A stretch of DNA of 64,000 nt. It comes from Rhizaria sp. SCN 62-66 (taxonomy: Eukaryota). Below the pieces are notes generated by a model. That model was not told the origin of the DNA. It did no database searches and saw only the letters and a program-made list of their open reading frames with translations. Both the position numbers and the translations under genes were made by a program. Every line of letters begins with the position of its first letter. The stretch's first letter is position 1. Of this stretch, positions 24,595 through 37,500 are shown piece after piece. The stretch covers positions 1-64,000 of the forward strand of contig MEDY01000128.1 of the NCBI GenBank assembly GCA_001724265.1, given 5' to 3'.

Positions 24595-27500
24595 CAACAC
24601 AGCCGCTGCCGGTGCGAACACAGCTGCTGCGAACGGTCACCCGGCCGCCTCAGCAGTTCCAGTCGTGCCGGCAGGCGGGCTGACTTCCACCGCGGCGCCG
24701 TCGGTGCCGATCACGGCCGTGCTCGAGGCTTACCGCGCTCTCGACGACTTCTCGTCGATTTTCTCTGTGCTGGACGCAGGGCAGAAGCGCGCGCTGCTGG
24801 TGATGCAGCAAACGCTGCTCAAGGTCAGCGAGGCGCAGCTGGCGCAGCTGCCGCAGGGCAGCAGCAACGGCAACCACAACAACGCGGGCAACTACAGTGC
24901 CGCGAACAGCTACGGCGCGGGCACGGGCGCCGGCTACCCCTACAGCAGTCCCGGCAGGAGCACCGCCGCTAGCGCCTCCGCGAGCACCGCGAACACGAGC
25001 AGAACCAACAGCGGCTACAGCAATGGCGGCTACGACAGCGTCTCTGCCGGCAGCGCCAGCTCCAGCGCCAACGCCAGCGGCGGCGGCGGCAAGTGGCGTG
25101 CTCCGTCTCACTTACAGCATCAGCAGCAGCATCAGCAGCAGAGCAGTGCTGCTGGTGGCGGCGCCGGCTTAGCGACGACGCTGGCTGCGCCCACCGCTAT
25201 CTCGGCGGCCAACGCCGCCAGTCATGGCACTGGCGGCCAGCCGCGCGTCTCAGCCGTTCAGACCAGCAGCAGCGCGAGCGCGAGTCATACCGCCAGCAAC
25301 GGCTCGATGATGCTCGTCAGCGGTAGAGGCAGTAGCAACGGCACCACCAGCAGCGCCGCCGCGACCGGCACCGGCGCCGGCACCGTCGCCGTCGGCGTTG
25401 GAGGCAAGCTGATCGGCAGAGACGCGCTCGACGCCGACGCCGCGGCCGCAAACGGCGGGATGTTCAACGGCCTCCGTCTCAACGCTCCCATAGACGACGA
25501 ACAGGGAGACATCAGTGACCTCTTGGACCACTTGGACCTCAGCATGCTCATCGCGCTGGCCGAGTCGGACACGCCCCCCGACACCTCAGCCACCACTCCG
25601 GTCCCTGACAGCAGCGGCAGCGGCGGCAGCGGCAGCAGCGGCGGCAGCGGTGGTGCGAACGCGAGGCTCAGTGCCAAGGGCTCTAGCTCTAGCTCTAGCT
25701 CCAACTCTAGCTCTAGCTCTAGCTCTAGTGGCAGCGGCAGCGGCAACGGCAGCGGCAGCGGCGCGAGCTGCAGCGCTAGAGCGCGCAAGGCTCAGGTAGC
25801 CTTGCGCGACGCCGCCCGCAGTGTCCTCAACACCTACCAGCACACCCCCAGCAAGAGCACCGACGCGAACAGCTCCAGCCACACGAGCAATGGCAACGGC
25901 TCGAGCGCGCGGGTCGCCGGCTCCAGTCCCTTCGGCAGCAGCCGCTCTGTGTCCGGCGGCGGCAGCGGCGGTGGCTCCGGCGCCGCTGCGGGCGCGGCGG
26001 CGGCGCGGTACAACAACGCGGGCCACTTCAGCGCAACGAGTGTGGTCAACTTCAGCGCTGTGGCCACCTCGCTGGGGCTCGATGCCGGCAAGCTCAAGCA
26101 CTTCATCCGGGAGCTGGCCGCGCGCAACCTCGCCTCCAACAGCGTTGTCGTTGCTCCCTCGACCTCTCTCTCCAGCCCCAGAGCCAGCGGCGCCGGCAGC
26201 AACAGCAACAACAACAGTGCCGTCGGCCTCGGGAGCCGGAGTAGCACCGCGGTGACCGTGAGCACCCCGTCCCGTGGCGGCCTCATGGGCGACGGCGACG
26301 GCGACGACCTCGACCAGTTCGACGGCCAGAGAGGCGCGGGTGCGGGCGGCGGCGGCGGCGGCGGCGGCGGGCTCAAGGCGTTGGGCGCGGCCGGCGGTGG
26401 CGGCAACCCGGTGCTGGGGCGCGTCGGTGGCAACCGAGCCGTGTGCGCGCTCTCGGCTGCCGCGACGGCCGCGGCGCCGACGCGGACCGACTCGCTGCAG
26501 CAGCCGCCCAACGCGCTGGGCGTGACGGGGCAGGAGCTGCTGCTGATTCGCCGCGCCGTGGCCGCCAAGGTGGGCATGACGGTGGGGCCGGCCATCGGGA
26601 ACGACATTGACATCGTGTCGCTGGCCAAGGCGGGTATGATCGACCGCAAGAGCATCTGGGACACCGACGGCGGCAACAGCAGCAACAGCAACAGCAACAA
26701 CGGCAGCATTGCTAACGCCAACAGCATGAACAACGCGATCACGAACATCATCAACAACAGCACCGGCGGCGGCAACAGCGGCGTCGGCCTCGGCAGCGCT
26801 AGCACCAGCACCACGCCGCTGCACCTGCCCGTCCCCAACGGCGGCAACGGCGGCGGCAGCGGCGGCGGCGGCAATGGCGGGAGCATGCTCTCTCTGTTCG
26901 ACTTAGGTAGTTTTGGCGCCACTCCTTCCTCGTCGGCCCGTCTGGGGCCCATCCCGCACAGCGGCGGTCTCGGCGGCCTTAGCGGCCTCGGCGGCGCCAG
27001 CGGCGGCGGCGCGGTCAACGCGACGCCCAGGCACTCGAGCATCACGACCAGCAACGGCGTCAATAACGGCAGCACGGGCGACCTGCTCTCCAGCTCCAGC
27101 CCCGGGCCCGGCGCGGGCGCGCTGTCATTGGACCTCGTGGACCTCCGTCTGCCGCTGAGCACGCTCATGGCTGACGGCGACGACGGCGACTCCAGCGGCA
27201 GCCGCAGCAGTCGCGGCCGCAGCAGCAACAGCAGCGACGCGAACAAGGGCGGCTCGGGCGCCGGCGGGGGCTCTTACTCCACCGCCGCGCCTGTATCGGT
27301 CTTCGTCTCCGGCTCCAGCTCGAGCTCCAACTCCGGCTCCGGCAGTACACCTGCCAACGAGAGCGCCAGCTCCAGCTCTAACTCTAGCTCTAGCGTGAAC
27401 AGTGCTAGCGCCAGTGCCAGCGCCAGCGCCAGCGCCTCTAGCGCGCGCGCGGCGGCCCGGTCTGCCTCGGGGGCGGCCAACGCGGCGGCGCTGGGACTGC

Positions 27501-29041
27501 TGCCGCTGCCGCTGCCGCCCGTGTCTGTCTCGCTGCCGACGCCGCTGCCGACGCCCTTCACGACGACGGCGGGCCCGCTCTACGCGCCCTTCGCACCGTC
27601 GCCGCAGTCGGCGCTGGTGGCCGCCGCCGCAGGGACCCCTACCATTGACGGCGACGACGATACAGAGGCAGTCACAGGCGTCGGGCTGGGGATGGGCGCC
27701 GGCAGCGGCGACGGCGCCGGCGACGGCGGCGACGGTGGCGGCGACGGCAGCGACCGGGCTGGCAGCAGAGGCCGAGTCATCAGTGGTGGCAGCGGCAGCA
27801 GCGGCGGCAGCGGCCGTCCCATGAACATCAACAACAACAGCAACGGCAACAATTCGAACTCTAGTTCGAGCTTTAGCGCTGTCGTCATCGGCGGCGGCGG
27901 CGGCCGGGCGAGCGCGAGCGCGACGCCCAGCAAGCCGTTGGCCCTCGCGGCCATCGTGCCGTCCTCCGCGCTCGCCTCACTGGACGCCGGCGCCGCTTCG
28001 ACCTCCGCGACGACCACTGCCACTGCGGCTGCGGCCGCGGCTCTGCGCGTCCCGGCCGCCAGCACGGGCAACCCCGCGGGCACCCTCCGCTCCAACGCCC
28101 GCCTCAGCTCCGCATCCAGCGCCCACGCGGCCAATCCCGGCGCCGCTGCCCACAGCTCGAGCAGCAGCGGCAGCGGCAGCACTGACAAGCGGCTGCCCGG
28201 CGGGTTTGTGCTGCGGCCGTCAGCGCTGGCCGTGGCGGCCTCGGCCGAGCCCGGCGCGCGCGTGCTCATCGACACGCTCGACCCCACCGCCTTCGGCTAC
28301 GCACCCGTGCCTGTGCCCGTCTCCAGCAGCATCAACGCCCACGGCAACGCCACTGCTGCTACGAGCGCGAGTGCGGCTGCGGAGGGTCATGCTGGCTTCA
28401 GCGGCAGCAGCACGCTCGGTCTGTTGCGGGAGGCAAACACTTACACTAGCGCCAACAACTCGAGCTCCAGCTCCAGCTCCAGCTCGAGCTCTGGCTCTAG
28501 CAGCAGCAGCAACAGCAATCGCAGTAGCTTCGACGCGCAGCAACACATGCCCGTGCCAGTGCCGCTGCCGCTTCCTTCGGCCCTCGCGCGCCAGTTCTCC
28601 ACCGCGGTCAACGCCACCGGCGCTGGCGCGGAGGCCGTCTCGGTGCTGCCGCTGCCGCCGTCGATTGTGCGGTCGTCGACGGTGGTGGACTCGGCGACGG
28701 GCCGCGTCTCGCTCGCGGCCAGCGCGCACGACATGGGCCTCGACCTCGCCGCGCTGCTCGCGGTCTTCGTCGGCGAGAGCCCGTGGACGAGTCTCAACGC
28801 ATACGCGCAGCAACAGCGGCAGCAGCAGCTCCCGGAGACTGCGCAACAGCAGCGGCAGCAGCAACAGCAACAACAACAGCAGCAGCAGCGGCAACAGCTG
28901 CCGATTGTTGCTGCGAGCAGCAGCATCAGTTCGAATGCGGACGCTGATGCCGGTGCGAGCGCTGGTGCGAGTGCTGCTGTGGTCATTGACAAGGCTGGCA
29001 GCGGCGGCGCTGTGAAGCTCAGTATGAGCGATGATCTCTAA
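17960..29041 (+). CDS. Giant (3,693 aa) intronless low-complexity protein with one zf-4CXXC_R1 (CDCA7/JMJD1-type) zinc finger
   Basis: The ORF is 11,082 nt. SCHQCK...C..(KCRKKF)CFPCL...WVCPACCGRCNCAACKR lies at about 19061-19276. The remainder is Ala/Ser/Gly/His/Asn/Gln-rich. Confidence 0.9.
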
Positions 29042-30334
29042 TCAATGCACTTCTGTGATATTAACGATGACAACGATGAAATGAGCAGCAACAATACGAG
29101 GATAGCGATTAACAACATTAGCACAGACTCGAATCATTCTTTGACTCTTGTCTTTGTTTTAGCTTGTTGTTTTGTTGTTTGTGTTGTTCTTTCAGTTGTT
29201 TTCGCAATAATCGCGTTGTGTCTTCCTGTTTGTCATTGTTTGTTGCGTGATATGATTACGACAACAACTTCTCATACTGCTTATGCACAATACTCGTGCT
29301 ACTCGTGCAATGTTAAAATTACAAACTATTTGTTGACTATGTAACTGAGTTCTGTCTGTCTTAGGCCTTCACATTGCTTTGCATGTGTTTCAGTCAGTCT
29401 CAGTCTCAGTTTAAGTTTCGTTTTCATAAGTTTCCTTTTCAGTTCCGAGTCACTTTGCGCTTCCGTCTTAAGATTTCCTCTCCTCCCGTCACCATTCATC
29501 GCCTTCATCCTCCTCTTTCTTTTACCTCTAACTCTATTCTTTAACTCCAGACTCCTCCTTGGGCTGTGATGTACTGTGCCGTGCCTTGCTTTATTTGCAG
29601 CGGCACAGCATGCAGCGCAGCGCAACCAGTTAGATTTGTGTTCAATGAATCTCATTTTCGCTCCCATCCAGTATATCCCTTTCCTTCCTTACCCCGTTCT
29701 TCTGACTCCTGTCTCTTCCGTTTCAGCTTTCTTTGTGTTCATTTCCTGCACGCTGTCAAATGTTGTACATGTGATATGTTGTTTTTTTACGTGATATGTT
29801 TTGCGTTTTTGCGATTCCCTTTCCCCGTCCACCACCCACCTGTGTACCCTTGTACTTATCACTCTCGAGATATTTAGTTTTGGTTTTTCAGAAATACATT
29901 CTATTTATTAATCCACATAATAGTTTCACACGAAACACGAAAACAACGTATCCTATCCGAGATATCACTCCGAAACTATGTTTAGCCACGAGTCACTTTC
30001 TTGCACACTAGACGGTGTGTCCGTCTCGGTTGCTCGCTTCGCGAAGCAAGCAGGATGGGTGAGGCCGCGATACGCAAAGCACTTTTTCATCTGTCGTCCA
30101 TCGATAATTTCTTCTAAAACTCCACTAAAGAGCGAAAAATCGGGCTTTTATGCCAGTGAATTTTACTTGTTTGCGCTAATTATCTCTTGATTGCTTCTAT
30201 CCCGGCTCTTTCGCACGCAGCTTTTGCACTCTCCCAACCCACACCCCCGCACACTCGTTCGGCCCCGCTTTCCGCCGCGCCGTTTTCTTTTTTTGCAAGG
30301 CGTCTGCCTCCACGGCCTGTAACCCCTTTGCACG

Positions 30335-32038
30335 ATGGTCCTCCTCGACGTGAACATCCTCCGTTTCCTGAACAAGGAGCACTTCCGCGCGCTTACCGCG
30401 GTGGAGATGGGAATGCGCAACCACGATGTAGTGCCCACGCGCCTCATCGCCGCCCTGGCACGCATCACCAGCGCCAACATCCACTCGACGCTCGGTCAGC
30501 TCGCCAAGTTCCGCCTCGTGCGCCACACGTCGCAGCCCTACGACGGCTACCGCCTGACGTACATGGGGTACGACTACCTCGCGCTCAAGGCCTTGGTCAA
30601 CAAGGGCCTCATCAAGGGCCTGGGCCGCCAGATCGGCGTCGGCAAGGAGTCTGACATCTATGAGGTCATCAACAACAACGACGAAGTGCTCGTGCTCAAG
30701 ATCCACCGCCTCGGCCGCATCTGCTTCCGTAACATCAAGGAAAAGCGCGACTACCTGGGCAAGCGTAAACACTCGTCGTTCATGTACATGTCGCGCCTGG
30801 CTGCGACGCGCGAGTTCGCCTACCTCAAGGCTATCTACGACGAAGGTTTCCCTACGCCGACGCCGTACGAGATCAACCGGCACTGCATCCTGATGTCGAT
30901 GGCGGACGGCTACCCGATGGGCGCGGTGGGCAAGCTGCGCAACCCGGAAAAGGTGTACAACACGCTCATGAACCTCGTGACGCGCTTCGCCGAGCTGGGG
31001 CTCATCCACGGCGACTTCAACGAGTTCAACCTCCTCATCTCGCGCAACGAAGACGTAACCGTGATCGACTTCCCGCAGATGATCTCGACGAACCACCCGA
31101 ACGCGGAGGAGACGTTCAACCGCGACGTCGACGGCGTGCACAACTTCTTCAAGAAGAAGATGGGCTACGACTTCCCCACCAAGCCCCGCTTCGTGCGCGT
31201 CGCCGGCGGCGAGGGCGGCGGCGAGGGCAAGAAGGGCCAGCGCACGGGCGTGAACCTGGACGTCGCGCTCAAGGTCTCGGGTGCCCTGACGCGGGAGGAG
31301 GCGCGCGATCTGGACAAGGCCATGGCCAACGAGCGCGCGGCGCTGCTGGCGGGCGAGTACGACGACGTGGACAGCGACGGCGAGATCTGCAGCGATGAGG
31401 ACGGCGACGAGGGCGACGACGTTGAGGAGGAGGAGGAGGAGGCTGAGCTCGACGAGGAGGACGCCGACGCCGACGGCGACGAGGACGAAGACGAGGACGA
31501 GGATGAGGACGAGGACGACGAGGAAGAGGAGGAAGAGGCTGCAGTGGTCCGCTCTCGCAAGCAGCGCTCGACGACGCACGGGCACCACACGATGAACGCG
31601 AACCGGCGCCTGCGCGCGCACGGCATCGTGGACCCCGCGGCCCGCGACGACGACGAGGACGGCGTCGGCAAGCAGATCCTGCTCACCACGGCCCAGCTCG
31701 GCGGGCTTGAGCTCCAGGACGAGGACGGCGGCGACGGCGGCGGCGCCGTTGACCTGGACGGCATCCCCACGCTCACCGATGACGACGGCGACGACGCCGA
31801 AGACGAGGACGAGGACGAGGACGACGAGGAAACCGCCGCCGCCAAGGCCAGCCTGGTCGGCGCGGGCCGCCGCAAGCCGCGCAAGGTGGGGCCCATGGGG
31901 CAGGCTGCTGTGCGCGCGCGCGTGCGCGAGGCCCACTCCAAGAGCGTGTTCAAGACCAAGATCAAGATGAGCAAGAACAAGCACAAGGAGGCCAAGGCGC
32001 GGCGCGAGGTGCGCGAAATCAAGGCGATGTACAAGTAA
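30335..32038 (+). CDS. RIO2: Serine/threonine kinase RIO2 (40S biogenesis)
   Basis: Motifs are AVEMGMRNHDVVP, YDGYRLTYMGYDYLAL, IGVGKESDIY, KIHRLGR, GLIHGDFNEFN and IDFPQMIS, followed by an acidic C-terminal tail. The stop is TAA. Confidence 0.97.
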   Translation: MVLLDVNILRFLNKEHFRALTAVEMGMRNHDVVPTRLIAALARITSANIHSTLGQLAKFRLVRHTSQPYDGYRLTYMGYDYLALKALVNKGLIKGLGRQIGVGKESDIYEVINNNDEVLVLKIHRLGRICFRNIKEKRDYLGKRKHSSFMYMSRLAATREFAYLKAIYDEGFPTPTPYEINRHCILMSMADGYPMGAVGKLRNPEKVYNTLMNLVTRFAELGLIHGDFNEFNLLISRNEDVTVIDFPQMISTNHPNAEETFNRDVDGVHNFFKKKMGYDFPTKPRFVRVAGGEGGGEGKKGQRTGVNLDVALKVSGALTREEARDLDKAMANERAALLAGEYDDVDSDGEICSDEDGDEGDDVEEEEEEAELDEEDADADGDEDEDEDEDEDEDDEEEEEEAAVVRSRKQRSTTHGHHTMNANRRLRAHGIVDPAARDDDEDGVGKQILLTTAQLGGLELQDEDGGDGGGAVDLDGIPTLTDDDGDDAEDEDEDEDDEETAAAKASLVGAGRRKPRKVGPMGQAAVRARVREAHSKSVFKTKIKMSKNKHKEAKARREVREIKAMYK

Positions 32039-32688
32039 GCAGTTTGACCCAAAAGCGATGGCCAAGCTGGCTCGCTGTTTGCTTTAGCATGCGTGTTGCG
32101 TCTTACTTTGATATATTCTTCTCGTTGTTATTATTTAGTCGTTTTGAGTTTTGCCGCTCTTACGAGCGTCTTCATCGTCTTGGTGTTCATTTCATAGTCG
32201 AGGTTGAGCCTTCATTGCTGTAGTTTGAGACAAGATAAACAGTTCTATACTATTAGAATTCTGTCAAATACAAACATACAATATAAACAACATCTCTGTG
32301 CTAATTTTGTTTGAATCTGTTCTCAATCGGTCACGTGCTCCCACAACTGCATGAAACATAACTTCTCATGATAGAACTCGACCAGACAGTTGATTTTAGA
32401 AAAAATATTGATTTTTAAAGCAAAAACAGCTTTATTACATCTATTTTAAGAAATTTAAGGCAATATAAGAAAATTTCATCCATTAAATCTTCTGACAGTG
32501 ATTTTTCAAGTGTGACAAAAAAGAATGGTCGCATGATGTACGTATAAGCGTTCGGAACAGCATTTTATTAAATACAATCAAACAATAACCTAAACAAGAG
32601 AAGTGAAAATAAATTTCTGAATAAACATAGATATATCACTTATACTCGTTCTCACAATCAATCATATCAATCGTCAGCCCGTTGCCGC

Positions 32689-33887
32689 TTAGAGCGACGA
32701 GGGGACTTCGCAGCTGGAGGCGCGGCCGCCCCAAGTCATCGCGGCCTTGTTGTAGATGCGCACGGTCTTGTCCCAGGACGAGCTGGCGATGAGCCCGTCC
32801 TCGAAGTTGCTCACATCGACACCGTAGACGACCTCGGTGTGGCCATCGAACGCCGCCAGCAGCGGGCCGCTGCCGACGCGCGCCGCGGTGCTGGCGGTGT
32901 CCCAGAGCGCGACGGACATGTCGAACGAGGCCGAGACGAGCTCGCCGTCCTTGTGCGGCGAGGCCTTAAGCCAGCGCACGTTGCCGTCGTGGCCTGCCAG
33001 CACCTTGACCGGCGCGCGGTAGTTGCGCACGTCCCAAACCTTGATCACCTTGTCGCTGCCGGCCGTGTAGAGCTCGTGCTCGTTGTACTTGCTCCAGTCG
33101 ACCGCCATGACCTCCCCGCGTGGCACAGCGGCAATGGAGCACGCGGACCGCGCGTCCGAAGTGTCCCAGATCTTGACCAGCCCGTCGGCGGCACCCGTGG
33201 CGAACATGTCGCCGTAGCGCGGGTGCCACGCCTGGCAGTACACGTGCCCCGAGTGTTCCGCGAAGGTGCGCACGCTCGCGGCGCGCTGCACGGTCCACAG
33301 CTTTGTCGTCTGGTCCCACGACGAGGACAGCAGGCTCTGCGAGTCCGCAATGCCGTACTGTACGGCGAAGACCTCGCCGCGGTGCTCTTTGTACGTCTGC
33401 AGGACGGCGTTGGACTTGTAGTCCCAGATCGTGACATGGCCCTGGCCGTCGCCGATCGCGATCACCGACGCCGAGGACTGCGACCAGGAGCACGAGAAGA
33501 CCGGCTCGGGCGTAGTGAAAGAGGCGAGCAGGCGCGGCGTTGGCGAGGAGATGTCGTAGATGCACTGCGCGCCCTTGCCAACGACGAAGTAGTTGGACGC
33601 CGTCGCGACCGCCAGCAGCGACGGCTCGAACGGGGAGAACTCGACCTGGTTGCAGGGCAAAACAAAGCGGGGTTAACAAAAGATTTTGGAAACACAAATA
33701 ATATTGAAGCCATTCAGATGTCGGGAGAGTTTGATCAAAGCATAGCTGATTGATGTTGTGTTTGTACGAATGGTATGAGTGCGTGAAGTTCGATAGAACG
33801 CGGACAGAGCAAAGGCGAAGTGACTGATAGAAGACGTACGACACCGCCCTGGTTCTCAAGGTTAATGACCTTCACACCGAGAGACAT
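32689..33887 (-). CDS. PEX7: Peroxisomal targeting signal 2 receptor PEX7 (WD40); 2 exons
   Basis: Exon 33887-33840 reads MSLGVKVINLENQGGV and is joined to exon 33645-32689 across intron 33839-33646 (GTACGT...CAG). Motifs are VEFSPF...LAVATASNYFVVGKG, LSSSWDQTTKLW, DWSKYN, SASFDMSVALWD and IASSSWD. Confidence 0.92.
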
Positions 33888-34588
33888 GCTGTATGTGTTG
33901 TGGAAGTAGAATCAAGGCAACGGTGAGTCTAAAAGTGGATGTGTCGGAGTTCGGCTTGGGAGTCTGCAGAGACGAGTCTTTCTGGTGTGATAAAGCAGGG
34001 AGGATGGGCAAGTTAGCAAGAATAAGTCAAAAGTAGAATATAATAATTGTTAAAATGCAAGAATATAGCGCTGTGCGGGTTCACGCCAAAAGTGTGAGGC
34101 TGTGGCGAAGGCGGAGACAAGGCTTGGATCAGACCAAGCTCCTCCTCGGAGCCAGACATCAAAGCATCTGAGAGGTATCAAGATAGCACTAAGCGGAGCT
34201 CTAAAAAGCAAATAGATCAAAAGTGATAGATTGTATTATGAATTTGATGTCGATATGCGTATTGTCGGACTTTTCGCGGCAGGGCAACGAACATTTTCGA
34301 CGCTTTCACGGCCGCCCCCCCTCGCCCCACGCTCCACCACAAACGCGCAGCAAGCAGCCAACACAATAAGCGAGCAGACCCAACACAATCCCTTTTGCAC
34401 TGTGTCTATCGTTCGTTATTATTGTATTTCAAAACTTGAAACGTTAACAACGCGACTTAAAGTCTCTTTTATTAGATTAATATTGTCTCATTCACGATTC
34501 TTCTTTCTTGGCGCGCAGCCACACGTAGACTCGCCACTCGCCTCTTCCCTCCCCATTTGTGAGGCGCTATCCTCTCCCCGCAGCTTCC

Positions 34589-37500
34589 ATGTATGTTATG
34601 CGCCTTTTCTGTACAGTAGTAGTGCTATTAATAGTAGCGTTTAGCGCTCGGGCTGCGCCGGTTGCACCTGCAGCCGGGGTTGGCCGCGCCCGTAGTGCTA
34701 GACAGTCAGTCGTTACACCTGCGACTGCCACCTTGACGGACAGCACAGACAACACTGAGAAGGAGGCTGTCGGCACCAGTACACACAGATCAAGCATTAC
34801 CAACCGTGTTAAAGCTAATAATAATGTCGCTGATAGCGTCCAGCGTCGTCGCACCATGATCGGCTCCAACCGTAGCACATCCTGGCGCGACAGCAATCGC
34901 AAGAGTGAGAGCAAGCGGGACCGCGAGCCGACGGGCAGTGCGATCATGACAGCAGCTACACCTGCTCGCGGTACTAATAGCTTTCGCACCCATGACAATG
35001 CTGTGGTTATGAACGGAACGAACCACGGTAGTGACCGTGATCATGCCAAAGTCATTGGTGATAGCGCTGAAGCTGGCACGAGGGCTGAGATTGCAACGAC
35101 GCCAGAGGCACAGGTTGCTCGCAGCACAGAAGCTTCAAAAGCAAAAGTAGAGACAGCAGAGGCTGACGCCAAGACAATTGACAACAATGACCACGGAAGC
35201 AAAAACAGCAAAGCGGGCGAGGCAACAGCGGATGTTGCACATGAAGATCACAAGGCAACAGTTGGTTCTGAGATTGTGAATGTCACGATTCCATTGCAAT
35301 CACAATTACAACCACACATGCGCCCAGTTCGCGTCGCTATTATTGGCGCTGGACTTGCTGGTCTTGCAACCGCCCTTGCTATTAAAGATATCTTAACTCC
35401 ACGCAAATCGCCCAGAGCAACTTTTAGTGACCGTAGCTCTAGTGCAGAGGTTCAAACCGATGTGTTTGAACGATCAAGCCCACCATTTACAACGTCAACC
35501 TATCAGTCATTTGATTTAGACTCACAGCTACGCAGCGGCGCGAACGTTGATTCAAGCGACATACTGGTTTCCAAGAGAGACAGGAGGCTAAGTCGTTTTG
35601 GTCCATCCCATCGCCGATCCTTAGACTCTTTAAGCTCGAGAGCTAACATCAGCTCCATCGATCCAATAACTCTACTTTCTTCTGTCAACTTTGCTGAGAG
35701 TAGTCACACGTCATTTGCGCCGTTCATGACTGCGCTAGCAACGCGGTTACATGTGTGCTCACAAACTAAGATGACCACACATCATCATAGTCCTGATGAC
35801 CGCTATCAAGGTCCTTTGTCACAAACTGCACTGACTTCAGTTGCTTCATCATTGCTTATGCCTGACAGCGCGATGAAAACAGTTGTTCCAATTTCCACAG
35901 CAAATGCCATCATGAGTACAGCCAGTCTAAAGACAAACAAAGTTCTTGCGTTTTTATGCTTGCTGCGCGGTACTGCCACTGCGACAGCCCCACTAACTCA
36001 ACCAGCAAAAACGCAATTTGGGATGGCAAAGGGCACAGAAAGCAACAAGAAAAGCAATGACCTGAGCATCAGCAAGGAGAGTTTCGATAACAACAGTAGT
36101 TCTGCTGCCACGTTTGCACATGGCCTTCTTACCGCCTTTGATCTGTTATCAGCACCAGTTGGCTCATATGCAAACAACATTCCTCATCTAACTGCACTGC
36201 ATGGCGGTGGCGGCTTAGCATTAGGAGGAGGCTTACACGCCAGCGTTAACGAGGAACTTAATGATATTAATTCTCGTGTTCATGACGACATGAATGACGA
36301 TGATATGTTTGCGCATTCGCATTCCCTACTGCACTTGCAGCAGTCAAGCGTTGATAGTCGCGGCAGCAGTCGCAACGCCAATAACAATAATATTGATGCT
36401 GTGTATGCCAATGTGTGTTCACGGTACATTGCCACAGATCTCGGTAAGATGTCCTCATTTACAGATCCGGAGGCGTTATCGGCTATATCAGCGCTCTTCA
36501 CACCTTTACAGTGGTCAATGCTATCGTCGCCGTCTTCATATACTCGTGCAGCCGCCGTAGCTGCAGCAGCTGCAACAAGTACAACGCGTGATCGTTTCAG
36601 GACACGTGCTCAGGATGGCGTTGCGCGCGCATGGCAGGCATGGGGAACTGTAAGCTCAGCTCTTAGTCGCGTTGTCTGCCAGTTAGATAGCGCTGATGCT
36701 TCGGCATATGATGCAAGTGCAGGTCTAAGTACTCGGCTTGACTTATTACAACGTGTGGATTGGCCCACAGCTGTAACTGCTGTCTTGGATCCAAACGTCA
36801 TCGTAAGGGAACTAGCACGACAGAAGTCACATTGCACTCTAACATCCTTGGCACAGATTCATAAGAGCAGAAACAAAGAAAGTTCACAGAGTCTGCAGAT
36901 GTTAAGTGTCCGCGTCAGTAATTTCAGGCGCTTTGATACGCTTTCACAGCTTTGGCGAGCGTTACACGTACGCTCTCAGCAAAATAAGAACCAAGCTGCA
37001 GCTGCAACAACCAATCCCGCAACTGCCATCAGGAATTTAGTCAAAGCTAGTGCACCGCAAAAGCCAGCAGTGATCACAACCGCGGCAGGATTTAGCATTA
37101 ATCCGTTGTTGCTTTTGCACGAATGGATATCGCACATAGACTTGTTGCGCTCACTTGTTGGTTGCGAGAATAGCAGTGCTAGCAGCATCAGCCACACTGA
37201 TAGTAAAGCAACAAAGTATATTTTGCCTGTTGCTGCTCCTCGTGATAATGCCAATACTTTGACTAGCAGTAATGCCATTGCTTCGAGTTGGCTAATGCGA
37301 CACGCGCTGCTACCTTTACCCTCTTCCCTAAAGCATAGCTTCTTGACCACAAATACGAACACGTTAAGAAACGTTAGCATCGAGTCCAAGAGCAGGAGTA
37401 ACCAGTCTGGTACTATCAACAGCAATCGTGTTTCAAGTTCATTTAAGTGTGATAACTTCATTAGTAGTGACAGTGAAATGTTGGAGTTACTCGTCAAGGA

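Noticed and set aside
30197-32065. Long antisense and alternative-frame ORFs overlapping real genes (e.g. 30197-32065, 47585-49456, 1533-2960, 50451-51785, 25834-27246)
   Set aside because: These are shadow ORFs produced by high GC3 codon bias. They carry no motifs and mirror the sense-strand repeats.
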